From the NCBI GenBank assembly GCA_963804165.1, contig CAWDPO010000033.1, positions 32,001 through 96,000 of the forward strand: a stretch of DNA of 64,000 nucleotides. The letters run 5' to 3'. Of the stretch, positions 1 to 10,074 are shown piece after piece. The position numbers were made by a program, and so were the translations under genes. The notes under the pieces were generated by a model. It saw only the letters and a list, made by a program, of their open reading frames with translations, had not been told where the DNA came from and did no database searches. How positions within the stretch are numbered: position 1 is the stretch's first letter; every line of letters begins with the position of its first letter. This DNA is from an uncultured delta proteobacterium. Lineage in GTDB: Bacteria; Desulfobacterota; Binatia; UBA9968.

Positions 1-998
1 CCTTCCGCTTCGATCACGACGTTGCCCAGGCGCGGCCCCGGTGGAATAGGGATCTCCAAATCTTCGCGCCGCTTCTGCGATTCCTGGTCGAGCAAAGATT
101 CATACGCCGTGATGCGCGCCTTGCCTTTGGCGCGACGCGCTTTCGGCGACATGCGGATCCATTCGAGCTCGCGCTCGAGCGTCTTCTGCCGCTCGCTTTC
201 CGACTTTTCCTCGCGGCGCAGGCGCTCTTGCTTCTGTTCCAACCAAGACGTGTAGTTGCCTTTGAACGGGATGCCCTGGCCGCGATCCAGCTCCAATATC
301 CAACCGGCGACGTTGTCGAGAAAATAGCGATCGTGGGTCACGGCAATGACCGTCCCCGAATAACTTTGCAAGTGCTGTTCGAGCCACGCGACCGATTCCG
401 CGTCGAGGTGATTGGTCGGTTCATCGAGGAGAAGGATATCGGGCTTTTGCAAGAGCAAGCGGCACAGCGCAACGCGGCGGCGTTCGCCGCCGGACAGAAT
501 CTTCACTGCAGTGTCCGACGGCGGGCAGCGCAGGGCATCCATCGCCATCTCCAGTCGCGCATCGAGATCCCAGGCGTCCTGATGGTCGAGCTTCTCCTGC
601 ACCTCGCCTTGCCGCTCGAGCAGCTTGTTCATGTCGTCGTCGGACATGTCTTCGGCAAACTTGGCGTTGATCTCTTCGAACTCCTTCAGCAGGTTGACGG
701 TCTCTTGCACCGCTTCTTCGACAACTGCGCGCACGGTCCGCGAGTCGTCGATCAATGGTTCCTGCTCCAAGAAGCCGACCGTATAACCCGGCGAGAGAAC
801 AGCCTCGCCGTTGATCTCCTTGTCGGCGCCCGCCATGATGCGCAGCAGCGACGACTTGCCCGAGCCGTTGAGACCGATCACGCCGATCTTGGCGCCGTAG
901 AAGTAGGAGAGGTAAATATCTTTGAGAACGGCGCGCTTGTCATAATACTTGCTGACGCCGACCATCGAATAAATAACTTTGTTGGGTTCAGTGGCCAT
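1..998 (-). CDS. ettA: Energy-dependent translational throttle ABC-F ATPase (3' part runs off the window)
   Basis: Manual translation from ATG at 998: [53 protein letters not shown]...[40 protein letters not shown]...[20 protein letters not shown]. Not in the ORF track because no stop lies inside the window. Confidence 0.93.
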   Translation of the reverse strand, partial: MATEPNKVIYSMVGVSKYYDKRAVLKDIYLSYFYGAKIGVIGLNGSGKSSLLRIMAGADKEINGEAVLSPGYTVGFLEQEPLIDDSRTVRAVVEEAVQETVNLLKEFEEINAKFAEDMSDDDMNKLLERQGEVQEKLDHQDAWDLDARLEMAMDALRCPPSDTAVKILSGGERRRVALCRLLLQKPDILLLDEPTNHLDAESVAWLEQHLQSYSGTVIAVTHDRYFLDNVAGWILELDRGQGIPFKGNYTSWLEQKQERLRREEKSESERQKTLERELEWIRMSPKARRAKGKARITAYESLLDQESQKRREDLEIPIPPGPRLGNVVIEAE

Positions 999-1053
999 GA
1001 TTCTAAATTGACTACCTGGAAAATAATATTTGACTCTTAGAACTTCGGCGTGA

Positions 1054-1129
1054 TTCACCGCGGCGGCGCCCATGGCGCGGAGTAGAGTCACTAGAAAAAC
1101 CTCTGCGAACTCCGCGTCTCTGTGGTGAA
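1054..1129. repeat. Imperfect inverted repeat (TTCACCGCGG...CTGTGGTGAA), REP-like
   Basis: Complementary termini flanking CTCTGCGAACTCCGCGTCTCTGTGG-type units in the intergenic space. Confidence 0.45.
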
Positions 1130-1306
1130 TCCTTCTTTACGCAGCTCAAGAATAATAACGCTAACCTGTCAGCTTGGAATGTGCAAGAAAGGCACCTTTG
1201 TCTAGATGTGGAACTGCTGAAGAAATTCAGCCGTCGCGTCGGCCAATAAATCTGTCCCGCTCAATTAGAGCATTTCCATAAATTCTCCAGCTGATTCCGG
1301 CCGAGC

Positions 1307-2617
1307 TCATAGCTGCTCTTCGACCGGGAAGGCGAACAGCTCGAAAAACTTTTCTTTTAAACCGCGCGCATCCCATTCCTCATAGGTGATTTTGCGCGAG
1401 TGGCGCAAGTCTTCGGCAAAGATCGCCTCGAGACTTTGCGCCAGCGTCCTGTCGTAGAGAGTCAGATTCAACTCTTCGTTCAAAGCGAAGGAGCGATTAT
1501 CGAAGTTAGTGCTGCCGATGGTCGCCCACACGCCGTCCACCACCATCGTCTTGGAATGCAAGAGCGCAGGCGAATACTCGTAAATTTGGATTCCGCCGAG
1601 CAACATCTCGCCATAGTGTCTTCGGCTGGCGCGATAGGTGATCTTGAAATCGATCTTGCCGGGGACGAGCACGGTGACGCGGACTTTGCGCGCCACCGCG
1701 TCCAGCAGAGCTTCGGTCATTCGATCGTCGGGAATGAAATAAGGATTGGTGATCAGGATCGATTTTTTCGCCGATGTGATCGACAGCAAATAGAGCAGGT
1801 AATTTTGAAAGCTGCCGCCGACCGGCGAGCTCTTGACGAACTGGAGCGATACGTGGCCGCGCGCTTCGAGGCGGGGGAAAAATTCGCCGCCGCCGAGAAT
1901 ATTTCCCGTGGTCTCAAGCCAGCTATCGGTGAAAGCGGCTTGCAGGTATTTCACCGCCGGCCCTTCGACGCGCACATTGGTGTCGCGCCAGTGATCCGCC
2001 GTGCGGCCGTCGCCCAGCCAGGCGTCGCTGACGCCATAGCCCCCGGTGAAACCGATTCGGCCGTCGATGACAAGGACACGGCGGTGATTGCGATAGTTAT
2101 ATTGCAGGAGTTTCCACGGCAGGATGACTTGGGGCGCTCTGACCCGACGAAAATGTTCGATCTGGCAGCCGGCCCCCTGCATGATATCCAGAATCTCGCC
2201 GGGGGCTTCGCTGCCATGATCATCCAACAGGATATAAACTTTGACGCCGGCTTGGCAGCGGTCGGCGAAACTCTGGGCGAGCTCTCGAGCCAGAGTACCG
2301 CCTTTGAATAAGTATTGCGCGAAGGTGATCGTCGATTTGGCGCTCTTTATATCGCGCAGCATCGCGGGAAAGAGCTCGTCGCCATTCTGAAGGATGTCGA
2401 TCTTGTTGCCGCCGATGATCGGCGCGTCGGCGAAGGCTTCGATGGTCGGAAAAAAGTCAGCGTCGCCAAGCTGGATCTCCGGCACGTCGGTGATCGCGCG
2501 CACTTTGGCGCAACCGATGAGCAGCGCCAAGATCAAGCAAAGTACGCCGCGTTTCATGATTCGCAATTTTCGTTCAAACTCTTTGCGATTCACTGGCAAC
2601 GCCGTGTTAGGATTCAA
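1307..2617 (-). CDS. cls: Cardiolipin synthase (ClsB-like phospholipase D family)
   Basis: Two PLD motifs, RNHRRVLVIDG and LHSKTMVVDG, plus WRDTNVRVEGP and GSTNFDNRSFALNEE. Start may be ATG 2557 (MKRGVL). Confidence 0.88.
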   Translation of the reverse strand: MNPNTALPVNRKEFERKLRIMKRGVLCLILALLIGCAKVRAITDVPEIQLGDADFFPTIEAFADAPIIGGNKIDILQNGDELFPAMLRDIKSAKSTITFAQYLFKGGTLARELAQSFADRCQAGVKVYILLDDHGSEAPGEILDIMQGAGCQIEHFRRVRAPQVILPWKLLQYNYRNHRRVLVIDGRIGFTGGYGVSDAWLGDGRTADHWRDTNVRVEGPAVKYLQAAFTDSWLETTGNILGGGEFFPRLEARGHVSLQFVKSSPVGGSFQNYLLYLLSITSAKKSILITNPYFIPDDRMTEALLDAVARKVRVTVLVPGKIDFKITYRASRRHYGEMLLGGIQIYEYSPALLHSKTMVVDGVWATIGSTNFDNRSFALNEELNLTLYDRTLAQSLEAIFAEDLRHSRKITYEEWDARGLKEKFFELFAFPVEEQL

Positions 2618-3302
2618 AGCGGCGTTTTAGCCAAACGGTGCCGATGATGGTGATCGTGATCAAAACCGCCAAAACGAGAACTACGCCAATCCCGGGGTCG
2701 CGGATCGCTCTGGCAAACTGATGGGCGAAGAGGTTCGTAATGAGAATACCCGGCACGAGTCCCAGCAACGATCCCAGAAGGTAGTCACGCAGCGGTACTT
2801 TGAACGCGCCGGAGACGACATTGACGACGGTAAAAGGGGCGATCGGCAACAAGCGCAAAGTCGCGACCGCCACGATGCCGGTTTGCTCGATTTTTTTCTC
2901 TAGACGACGCCATTTCGCTCCCGCGATCTTGCGGACAAAATCCTGGCCGAGAAAGCAGCCGATGGCATAGGTCACTACGGCCCCCGCGAGGCTGCCGGCG
3001 ATGGAATAAAGCGAGCCCATGACGGGACCGAAGATAATCGCGGTGACGAGGATCAGCACCGTGATCGGAACCAGTAAAATACTGCCGATGATGTAGGCGC
3101 CGAGCAGATAAAAATGGCGCGCCGGGCTCTGGCGCAGCGACGCCGCCCAACCGGAAAGTCGATGGATGTCGATCAAATCCGCGAGCGGTGTCCACTTCCA
3201 GGCCGCCGCTGCGGCAAAAAGCAAAAACAGAACGATCACGCCTATCCATATGCGCCGTTTTTGACTTTCAGTCTTATTCTTCCGAGAGACCGTCATAGTC
3301 AA
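2607..3302 (-). CDS. TVP38/TMEM64 (DedA/VTT-domain) membrane protein
   Basis: Multiple TM segments and the LRLLPIAPFTVVN...LLGSLLGLVPG signature; adjacent to cls. Confidence 0.85.
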   Translation of the reverse strand: MTMTVSRKNKTESQKRRIWIGVIVLFLLFAAAAAWKWTPLADLIDIHRLSGWAASLRQSPARHFYLLGAYIIGSILLVPITVLILVTAIIFGPVMGSLYSIAGSLAGAVVTYAIGCFLGQDFVRKIAGAKWRRLEKKIEQTGIVAVATLRLLPIAPFTVVNVVSGAFKVPLRDYLLGSLLGLVPGILITNLFAHQFARAIRDPGIGVVLVLAVLITITIIGTVWLKRRFES

Positions 3303-3734
3303 ATCTAAGTGTAACGTGCCGCCACATGCGTTTCATCAACCTGCCACAAAAATTCCTCGGAGAGGCGCACTGGTGGAAAGGTGACATGGCAGTCAGGCAA
3401 TTGAGACAGGCGCGCGCAAGCGAAATTCGCGCCTATGAAGACGCGCGCATCGATTACATCGTTTACGATCTGTGTTTTCGTCTATGCCGATTAGCTGGAG
3501 CAGATCGATCTCTTGGGGAAAGAAGTATAAGAAACTTAGGGGCGACCGGCTGGTTGCTGACGAGAAAATAGTGTGGGGCTGCATGTGAAAACTTTTCAAA
3601 TCAATGGGTTAGGGTTGGAGAATCGGACTGTTGGACCGAAGATATACCGGACGGAGACGGGTTTCCAACCGATGTTTCGAGGGGCGCGTCTTTCTCCGTC
3701 TCCCGTGTAGCCTGACGAAGCAAAAAAGATATTT

Positions 3735-4505
3735 TTAACCGGCCGGTGACTTCGGAGTGGGCGCTATACCCGTCGCGACTATAAGACCGTCGGTGCCGAC
3801 TCGTTCGAGGACCACAAGCTCTATGCGAATTGGAGGGTGAAGGCTTTTAGCATTGTCTTTTTCATTGGTCATTACGAAATCATGAGTCACTCGCTCTCCC
3901 AACCTGGTCGGCGGCTTTATTTCCATGCGGCGATCGTGAAGCGTCCGGACAACTCTGCCTGCCAGTTCCTCCTGTATCTGAGCTCGCAAAATCAAGTTTC
4001 CTCCTAGGAAGCCTTCTATCGTGCATGTGACGAAAAACTCACTCTTGTTCGAAGCGCTTTTAGAGGCTGTGGAAATCCTATTAAGAGAAGGAAGGACCAC
4101 TTTAGATGTCGGAGTTACGTAAGCGACCTGGATGGCCCGGGCGTTAAGGATTTTTTCGGCTTGAGCTTTAGAATCTTGCAGCCTGTGTCCGATAAGAAAA
4201 TCCACTTTCTTTTCCAGGTCGGTCATGGTCGTTTCTATCTTGACGACCCTTTCGCCGGACTCGGTCCGCAATTGTAACGTGCCAAAGTAAAATGCACCTA
4301 CGCCCACTAGAGATATCAAAGAGATGCCCACGGTTAGAACTGTCCCCCAGCGACCCACCAGTTGATGATCGCTTTGTGGCTGCTTGTTGCCGGTGCTACG
4401 ATTTCTCGGTGGCTGCGCCAATTCCGCCTCGTTAATCCAAACCAAATTCAATGTCGGTCGGCTCATATCAGAACTCTTGCGGATTTGCGAGGCTGAGCGG
4501 ATCAC
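3735..4505 (-). CDS. Hypothetical single-pass membrane protein
   Basis: 256-aa ORF with one hydrophobic segment (WGTVLTVGISLISLVGVGAFYF) followed by a short coiled coil. Visibly more AT-rich than its neighbours. Start uncertain. Confidence 0.5.
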   Translation of the reverse strand: MIRSASQIRKSSDMSRPTLNLVWINEAELAQPPRNRSTGNKQPQSDHQLVGRWGTVLTVGISLISLVGVGAFYFGTLQLRTESGERVVKIETTMTDLEKKVDFLIGHRLQDSKAQAEKILNARAIQVAYVTPTSKVVLPSLNRISTASKSASNKSEFFVTCTIEGFLGGNLILRAQIQEELAGRVVRTLHDRRMEIKPPTRLGERVTHDFVMTNEKDNAKSLHPPIRIELVVLERVGTDGLIVATGIAPTPKSPAG

Positions 4506-4854
4506 CGGCTGAATTTGCCCCCCCCCCGAGCATTATGACAAGTCCGGCTGCGCCGATAGTGTCCGCCTGTCTTTCGTGTGAGCAGCGTCAAATTATCCCC
4601 GCTGAGAGGAGGCCCGCGCATCTCCCACATGATATCCTGCCACCACAAACCTTGCCCGCGCTGCACCTGTTCCAGATATTTAGTCTACCCAACAGATTCC
4701 AAGTCGGCGAATTCGCAACAGTCGCCTGCAGATGCCCTCGCGCAAAGACGCGACGGCCGGAACGACGTATGAACACCGGAGGTCGCTAGTGGATCTGATT
4801 GACTACCGCAAAGAAACAATTCAAATGGTGGGTTCGGAGAAATAATTGTAACGG

Positions 4855-5854
4855 ATGAAAGCGATGAAACAAATTATTCGTCTCCTTTTGCCGGTAATTA
4901 TCTGCTTTAGTGCGACAACCGGCTGGGCTCTCGATAAAATTCGCATCGGTATGGGCGCGTTCAGCCCGACCAATAGCGCGATCTGGGTCGCCGAGGAGCG
5001 CGGTTTCTTCAAAAAGCACGGTATCGAGGCCGAGGCGATCTTCATTGGTGGCGGCGCCGCCCGCGAGCGTCAATGCACTGCTCGCCGGCGATATTCAGTT
5101 CGCCACCGCCGGTGGCGGCGCCGTGATCACGTCGGTGCTCAAGGGCGCCGATGTTGTCATTGTCGCGGCGCAGAACAACAGAGGCGTTCACCGCATTCTT
5201 GTCCGCCCGGAGATCGATACGCCCGAGGCGATCAAAGGCAAGAAGATCGCCATCACCACATTCGGCTCGTCATCCCATCAGGTCTTGACCATGGTTTTGG
5301 ACGTTTGGAAGATCCGGCCCGACGAGTTGCAAATACTGCAGGTCGGCTCGTCGCCGACCATGCTGATCAGCCTGCAAAAGAAACTGGTCGACGGCGCGGT
5401 GCTGACCGACCCGTCCTATTTTATCGCCGAAGATCTCGGCTTTCGCGTGATCGCCGATCTCGCCAAGATGAACATCCACTATTTACAGAGCATGATGGTC
5501 TCGACGCGGAGTTATTTGCGCGCCAACCGCGACCAGGCGACGCGGGTTATGCGAGCATTTGTCGAAGCCATCGCCTACTTCAAGAAAAACAAGAAAGACA
5601 GCGTTCAAATCATTTTGAAAAAGATGCGGATGAACGCCGATCAAGCAAAATACGCCGAGCGCACTTACGATCAGTACGCAAATACCTATTTCGAGCGGAT
5701 ACCTTATCCATCGGCGAGCGGAATCAAGACGGTTCTGGAAAGCCTCGTGAAAGAAAATCCCAAAGCCAAAGGCGCCGATCCTGCTTCCTTCGTGGATGCG
5801 AGTATTTTAAAGTCGCTGGAGGACAGCGGGTTTATAAAAAGCATGTATGATTAG
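4855..5854 (+). CDS. ABC substrate-binding protein, SsuA/NMT1-like (frameshift near 5065)
   Basis: Signal peptide and WVAEERGFFKKHGIE in the frame of 4855; continues as VNALLAGDIQF...LEDSGFIKSMYD in the frame of 4910. Confidence 0.85.
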
Positions 5855-5883
5855 GTCTAGTCCGTAAAGTCCAGACTCATGCC

Positions 5884-6010
5884 TGACCCTCACTCCTTCA
5901 TGACCCTCACTCCTTCACTCACTCCTTCACTGACCCTCACTCCTTCATGACCCTCACTCCTTCACTCACTCCTTCACTGACCCTCACTCCTTCTCCCTCA
6001 CTCCTTCTCC
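5884..6010. repeat. Higher-order tandem repeat of TGACCCTCACTCCTTCA (core CTCACTCCTTC x8)
   Basis: Units of 17+17+13 nt form a 47-nt block repeated twice (5884-5930, 5931-5977), followed by partial copies. Confidence 0.9.
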
Positions 6011-6113
6011 AATATTCCGCTTCGTTCTTCTGCCAGTCCGGATGGATTCGTCTAGCAATTTCCGGAGGCAAACCTTCGATTAAGCTGCGTACGGATTGTC
6101 CTGAGTTGCCCAT
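5937..6113 (-). pseudogene. Truncated small protein resembling DUF5678-type proteins, interrupted by the tandem repeat
   Basis: MGNSGQSVRSLIEGLPPEIARRIHPDWQKNEAEYW, then reads directly into repeat-derived SEGEGVRVSEG. Family assignment is from recalled similarity only. Confidence 0.45.
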
Positions 6114-6152
6114 GTCGGAATTGTACACAGACGTAGACTGGAATCGAACCCC

Positions 6153-6184
6153 AAAAAAGAAAGGGCGACCGTATGGTCGCCCTT
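6153..6184 (-). terminator. Rho-independent terminator after the Mo-hydroxylase operon
   Basis: Perfect 10-bp stem AAGGGCGACC-gtat-GGTCGCCCTT next to AAAAAAGA (a U-tract on the minus strand), about 30 nt past the stop at 6216. Confidence 0.75.
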
Positions 6185-6215
6185 GGAGATGCGCCTTTTC
6201 CTCGCAATGCTTCGG

Positions 6216-8507
6216 CTACGCCTTCCCCGCCTCCTTCAACCCGCGCAGCACGTTCTCCGGGCTCAGCGGCAGTTTGTTGATGCGCACGCCGGTGGCGTTG
6301 AAGATGGCGTTGGCGATGGCGGCCATGGGCGGGACGCAGGCGATTTCACCGGCGCCTTTGGCGCCGTAGGGGCCGGAGCCGGGGTAGCCTTCAACCAAAG
6401 TCGTTTCGATGCGCGGCATCATGTTGATGGTCGGCATCAGAGTAATCGACGAACGATGGGTTCATCGTTCTGCCGTTCTGGTCGAAGACGACTTGCTCGC
6501 AGAGCGCCTGGCCGATGCTCATGGCGGCGGCGCCTTCGATCTGGCCTTCGGCGGCGGCTCGGTGGATCGGCTGGCCGATGTCGTGGACGGCGACGTATTT
6601 CAGGATCTTCACGTTGCCGGTGTCCGGACTCACTTCGACGATGCAGGCATGCGTAGTAAACGGCTGGGAACTGCCGTGGGCTTTTTCTTCGGCCATCAGT
6701 TCCAGGTTGTCGCAGTAACCGCGGCCGATGACTTCGCCGATGACGTTGTGCGCGTCGGTGGCGACGGTGGCGAGAGCCACCGCTCTTTGCCGGCGTGCCT
6801 TTGACCCGGATCTGCTTGTCGACGATCTCCAGATCCTCCGGGCTCGCTTCGAGTTTGCGCGCGGCCATTTTGAAAATCTGATTGCGCGCGTCGATGGCGG
6901 CGAGCCGGGATGCGCCGCCGGAAACCAGGATGCCCCGGCTGCCGACCGTGCCTGCGTCCCATGGGCTGGCGTCGGTGTCGACATTGACCACAGTGACATC
7001 GCTCACCGGTATGCCAAGCTCTTCGGCGACGATCATTGGAATACCGAAACCGGGGATGGTGCCCATGTCGATCTTGCCGATGTGCACTGTCACCGAGCCG
7101 TCTTCGTTCACTTTCACTATCGAGCCGCCGCCGGGGCCGGCGCTCTCGATCCATGAGCCGGTGGCGATGCCGATACCCTGGTTCTTTTCCAGCTTTACTT
7201 TGCCCCAGCCGATCTTTTCCTTGGCGATGCGGATCGTTTCACCGAGCGAAACATCGCGCAGCTTGGGCACGCCGACGATCTTGTCGCCGGCTTTAGGCAT
7301 GTTCTTAAGGCGGAATTCCGTCGGATCCATGCCGAGCTTGGCGGCGATGGAGTCCATGTGCGATTCAACGGCAAATGCCGCCTGCGGGCCGCCGGGGCCG
7401 CGCACCGGGCCGCAGACCTGTTTGTTGGTGTAAACGAAATAGCCGTCGATATGGCAGTTGGGCATCAAGTACCAGCCGCCGAGCATGTTGGTGCAGCGGC
7501 CGCCGGCCTGCACGCCGAAGCCGGAGTAGCCGCCGGCGTCGTAAAATACTTTGCCGGTGCGGGCGACGATGGTGCCGTCTTTTTTCACGCCGGTCTTGAT
7601 GTACATTTTTGCGCCGGCGCGGATCGTCGTCGAGATGGTTTCCTCGGCCTTGTCGAGGACGATCATCACCGGCCGCTTGGCTTTGATCGCCAACAGGCCG
7701 CAGATCGGCTCGACGGCGGCGCCCGAGGTGATGCCGCTGCCCTTGCCGCCGAAGCCGCCGCCCAGGCCGGCGGAGATCACGCGCACGTTGTTGAGGGACA
7801 GCCCGAGCGTCTTCGCCGTTTCTTGGCGCACCGGGAAAGGTGCCTGGGCGTTGGCCCAAACGGTGAGACGGCCGTTGGGCTCCATCTGCGCCGCGGCGAT
7901 GCGCGGCTCGAGATACTGCGGGTGGATCATCTTGGTTTCGTAAACTTCGTCGACGACGATATCCGCTTCGGCCATCGCCTTTTCGGCGTCGCCGACATGG
8001 ACGACCGCATGGCCGCAGATATTTTTAAGCCCTGCGTCCGCCGGAATAGTTTTCGGCAGCGGCATGTCTTCATGCAAGGTCGGCGCATCCGGCTTGGTCG
8101 CTTCTTCGGGATCGATGAGCCACCGGCAGCGGTTCGTAGACGACTTTGATTTTTTTGAGCGCCTGCTTGGCGATGGCTAGCGATTCTGCGGCGACGGCCG
8201 CGACCGGGTCGCCCATGAAGCGGACTTTATCGCGCGCGAGTATATAGCGATCGATATAGCTGCGGCCGTAACGCACGTCCGGAGCGTCGGCAGCGGTGAC
8301 CACGGCATGGACGCCGGGAACTTTTTTTGCTTCGCTGGTGTCGATGCTGACGATCTTCGCGTGGGCGTACTGGCTGCGCAGGATCACGCCGTGCAATTGG
8401 TCTTTGAGCATCAAGTCGATGCCGTAAACGCCTTTGCCGACGACGCGCTCGACGCCGCCCATGCGCGCCGGGCTGGAACCGATAATTTTGAGTTCAGCTT
8501 TTGCCAT
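6216..8507 (-). CDS. Xanthine dehydrogenase-family molybdopterin-binding (large) subunit; frameshifts near 8118, 6785 and 6441
   Basis: ILRSQYAHAKI, HPQYLEP, LGGGFGGK, CGPVRGPGGPQ, DAGTVGSR, GQIEG and GAKGAGE motifs, spread over ORFs 8070-8507, 6437-8077, 6391-6999 and 6216-6437. Confidence 0.88.
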
Positions 8508-8510
8508 GAC

Positions 8511-8987
8511 TCATGCCCTCCCTGCGATGCGATCGGCGGCGAGATGGATCGCGTCGACGATCTTGTTGTAACCCGTGCAGCGGCAAATGTTGCCGGAGAC
8601 CGCTTCTTCGATGTCTTCCGCCGTCGGTTTGGTGGTGCGGTCGAGCAGCGCTTTGACGGAAATAATGTAGCCCGGCGTGCAATAACCGCACTGCACCGCG
8701 CCGGTGTCGATGAACGCTTGCTGCACAGGATGCAGCTTATCGCCGTCGGCCAAGCCTTCGATCGTCGTGATCTCGGCGCCGATGGCGTCGGCGGCCATGG
8801 TCACGCAGGAGTTGATCGGCATGCCGTTGTAAATGATCGTGCAGGCGCCGCACTCGCCGGTGTTGCAGCAGAGCTTGCTGCCTTTCATTTCCAAGGTGTC
8901 GCGCAGGAATTCCAGCAGCGATGTCGACGCTTCCGCGCTGGCGCTCACGGCCTTGCCGTTGATTTTGGTGTTAATGGTGAGACTCAT
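8511..8987 (-). CDS. (2Fe-2S)-binding small subunit of the Mo-hydroxylase
   Basis: MSLTINTK start with an AGGAGGT RBS; CNTGECGAC...C and QCGYCTPG...NICRCTGY motifs. Confidence 0.9.
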   Translation of the reverse strand: MSLTINTKINGKAVSASAEASTSLLEFLRDTLEMKGSKLCCNTGECGACTIIYNGMPINSCVTMAADAIGAEITTIEGLADGDKLHPVQQAFIDTGAVQCGYCTPGYIISVKALLDRTTKPTAEDIEEAVSGNICRCTGYNKIVDAIHLAADRIAGRA

Positions 8988-9857
8988 TATGCTACCTCCT
9001 TGCCGGTGGCGGCTTTCCAGGTTTGTTCGCAGTCCGCGGCGGGTCAAAGCTTCGACGATCCAGCGGCGATTCTCCGCGCTGCTGCGCTGATCGCTGATCG
9101 GACTCGCTTCCGATGCAGCCAGGGCCGCGGCTTCTTTGAGCAGCGCCGATCTGAGCGGTTTGCCGCGCAGCAGCGCTTCGGTCTTCGGAGCACGGATCGG
9201 CGTCGGCGCGACTGCGCCCAAGCCGATGCGGACGTCTTGCATCTTGTTCTTTCCGGCGTCGGGCGTGATCAGACACGGCAACGCCCACCATGGCGATATC
9301 CATGGCGCCGCGCACCGCGTGTTTCAGATAGACGCTTTTGCTCCCCGCCGACGGATAGGGAATCTCGATTTCCGTCAATAGACCTTTCACGCCGGCACTG
9401 CTCTTCCCCGGGCCCTGAAAGAAGGACGTGAACGGTTCGGTCTTCTCACCGTCGGCAAAGACGAGCTTGCCTTTCGCTTCCAACACGAGCAGCGGCGCTA
9501 GGGTTTCGCCCGACGGCGAGCGCGGCAGATGTTGCCGCCGATGGTCGCCGTGTTGCGCACCTGTAGCGACGCGAACTGGTGGCACGATTCCCACAGCACC
9601 GGCAGCTTCTCGCGCACGAGAGCGCTGGTTTCGATCTCGCGGATCGTCGTCAACGCGCCGATGCGCAGGCTGGCGCCGTTTTCAGTGATGCCGGTCAGTC
9701 CGGGGAGCTTCTTTATATTGACCAGTGAGCCCGGCTCTTCCTTAAACTTTATATCCACCATCACATCCGTGCCGCCGGCGATGACCTTAGCTTCGGCGCC
9801 GTGTTGCGCGAGCACGGACAACGCTTCGCTCACCGTTTTGGGTTCGAAATAATCCAT
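8987..9857 (-). CDS. FAD-binding medium subunit of the Mo-hydroxylase; frameshifts near 9520, 9285 and 9030
   Basis: IAGGTDV, IGALTT, QVRNTATIGGNIC, IGLGAVAPTP and PISDQRSS motifs. The corrected frame ends at a TAA overlapping the small-subunit ATG. Confidence 0.85.
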
Positions 9858-10074
9858 AGTCCCTGCCTCTTGTTTGGATTTTTTGCCGCGTTGGAATTCG
9901 CTTCCGTCTTAGCCCAAGTCGCGTGACGATGGCAAGGGGTGCAGCGTTGTTCGCGAAAACTGCTCTGCTTGACGCCCGTCACAGGTTCATTGTACGAACA
10001 TCGAAGCAGTGTTTGCGCCGAGGAACACGCGCGGGGACGCCGTCTAGAAAAAACCACACGCGGAGGCCATAAGC

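Noticed and set aside
228-1040. 270-aa plus-strand ORF and similar long antisense ORFs (e.g. 1400-2311, 8307-9431, 14585-15526, 33706-35049)
   Set aside because: These are shadow ORFs opposite well-supported genes, typical of high-GC DNA.
5884-6010. CRISPR array
   Set aside because: The repeats are contiguous with no unique spacers, and there are no cas genes in the window.
8511-9281. Apparent FAD-domain/2Fe-2S fusion ORF
   Set aside because: Removing one base near 9030 gives a normal medium-subunit end with TAA overlapping an ATG that has its own AGGAGGT RBS. The fusion is likely an indel artefact.
6216-9857. Aerobic CO dehydrogenase (coxMSL)
   Set aside because: It lacks the AYxCSFR and AYxGAGR active-site motifs and cox accessory genes.
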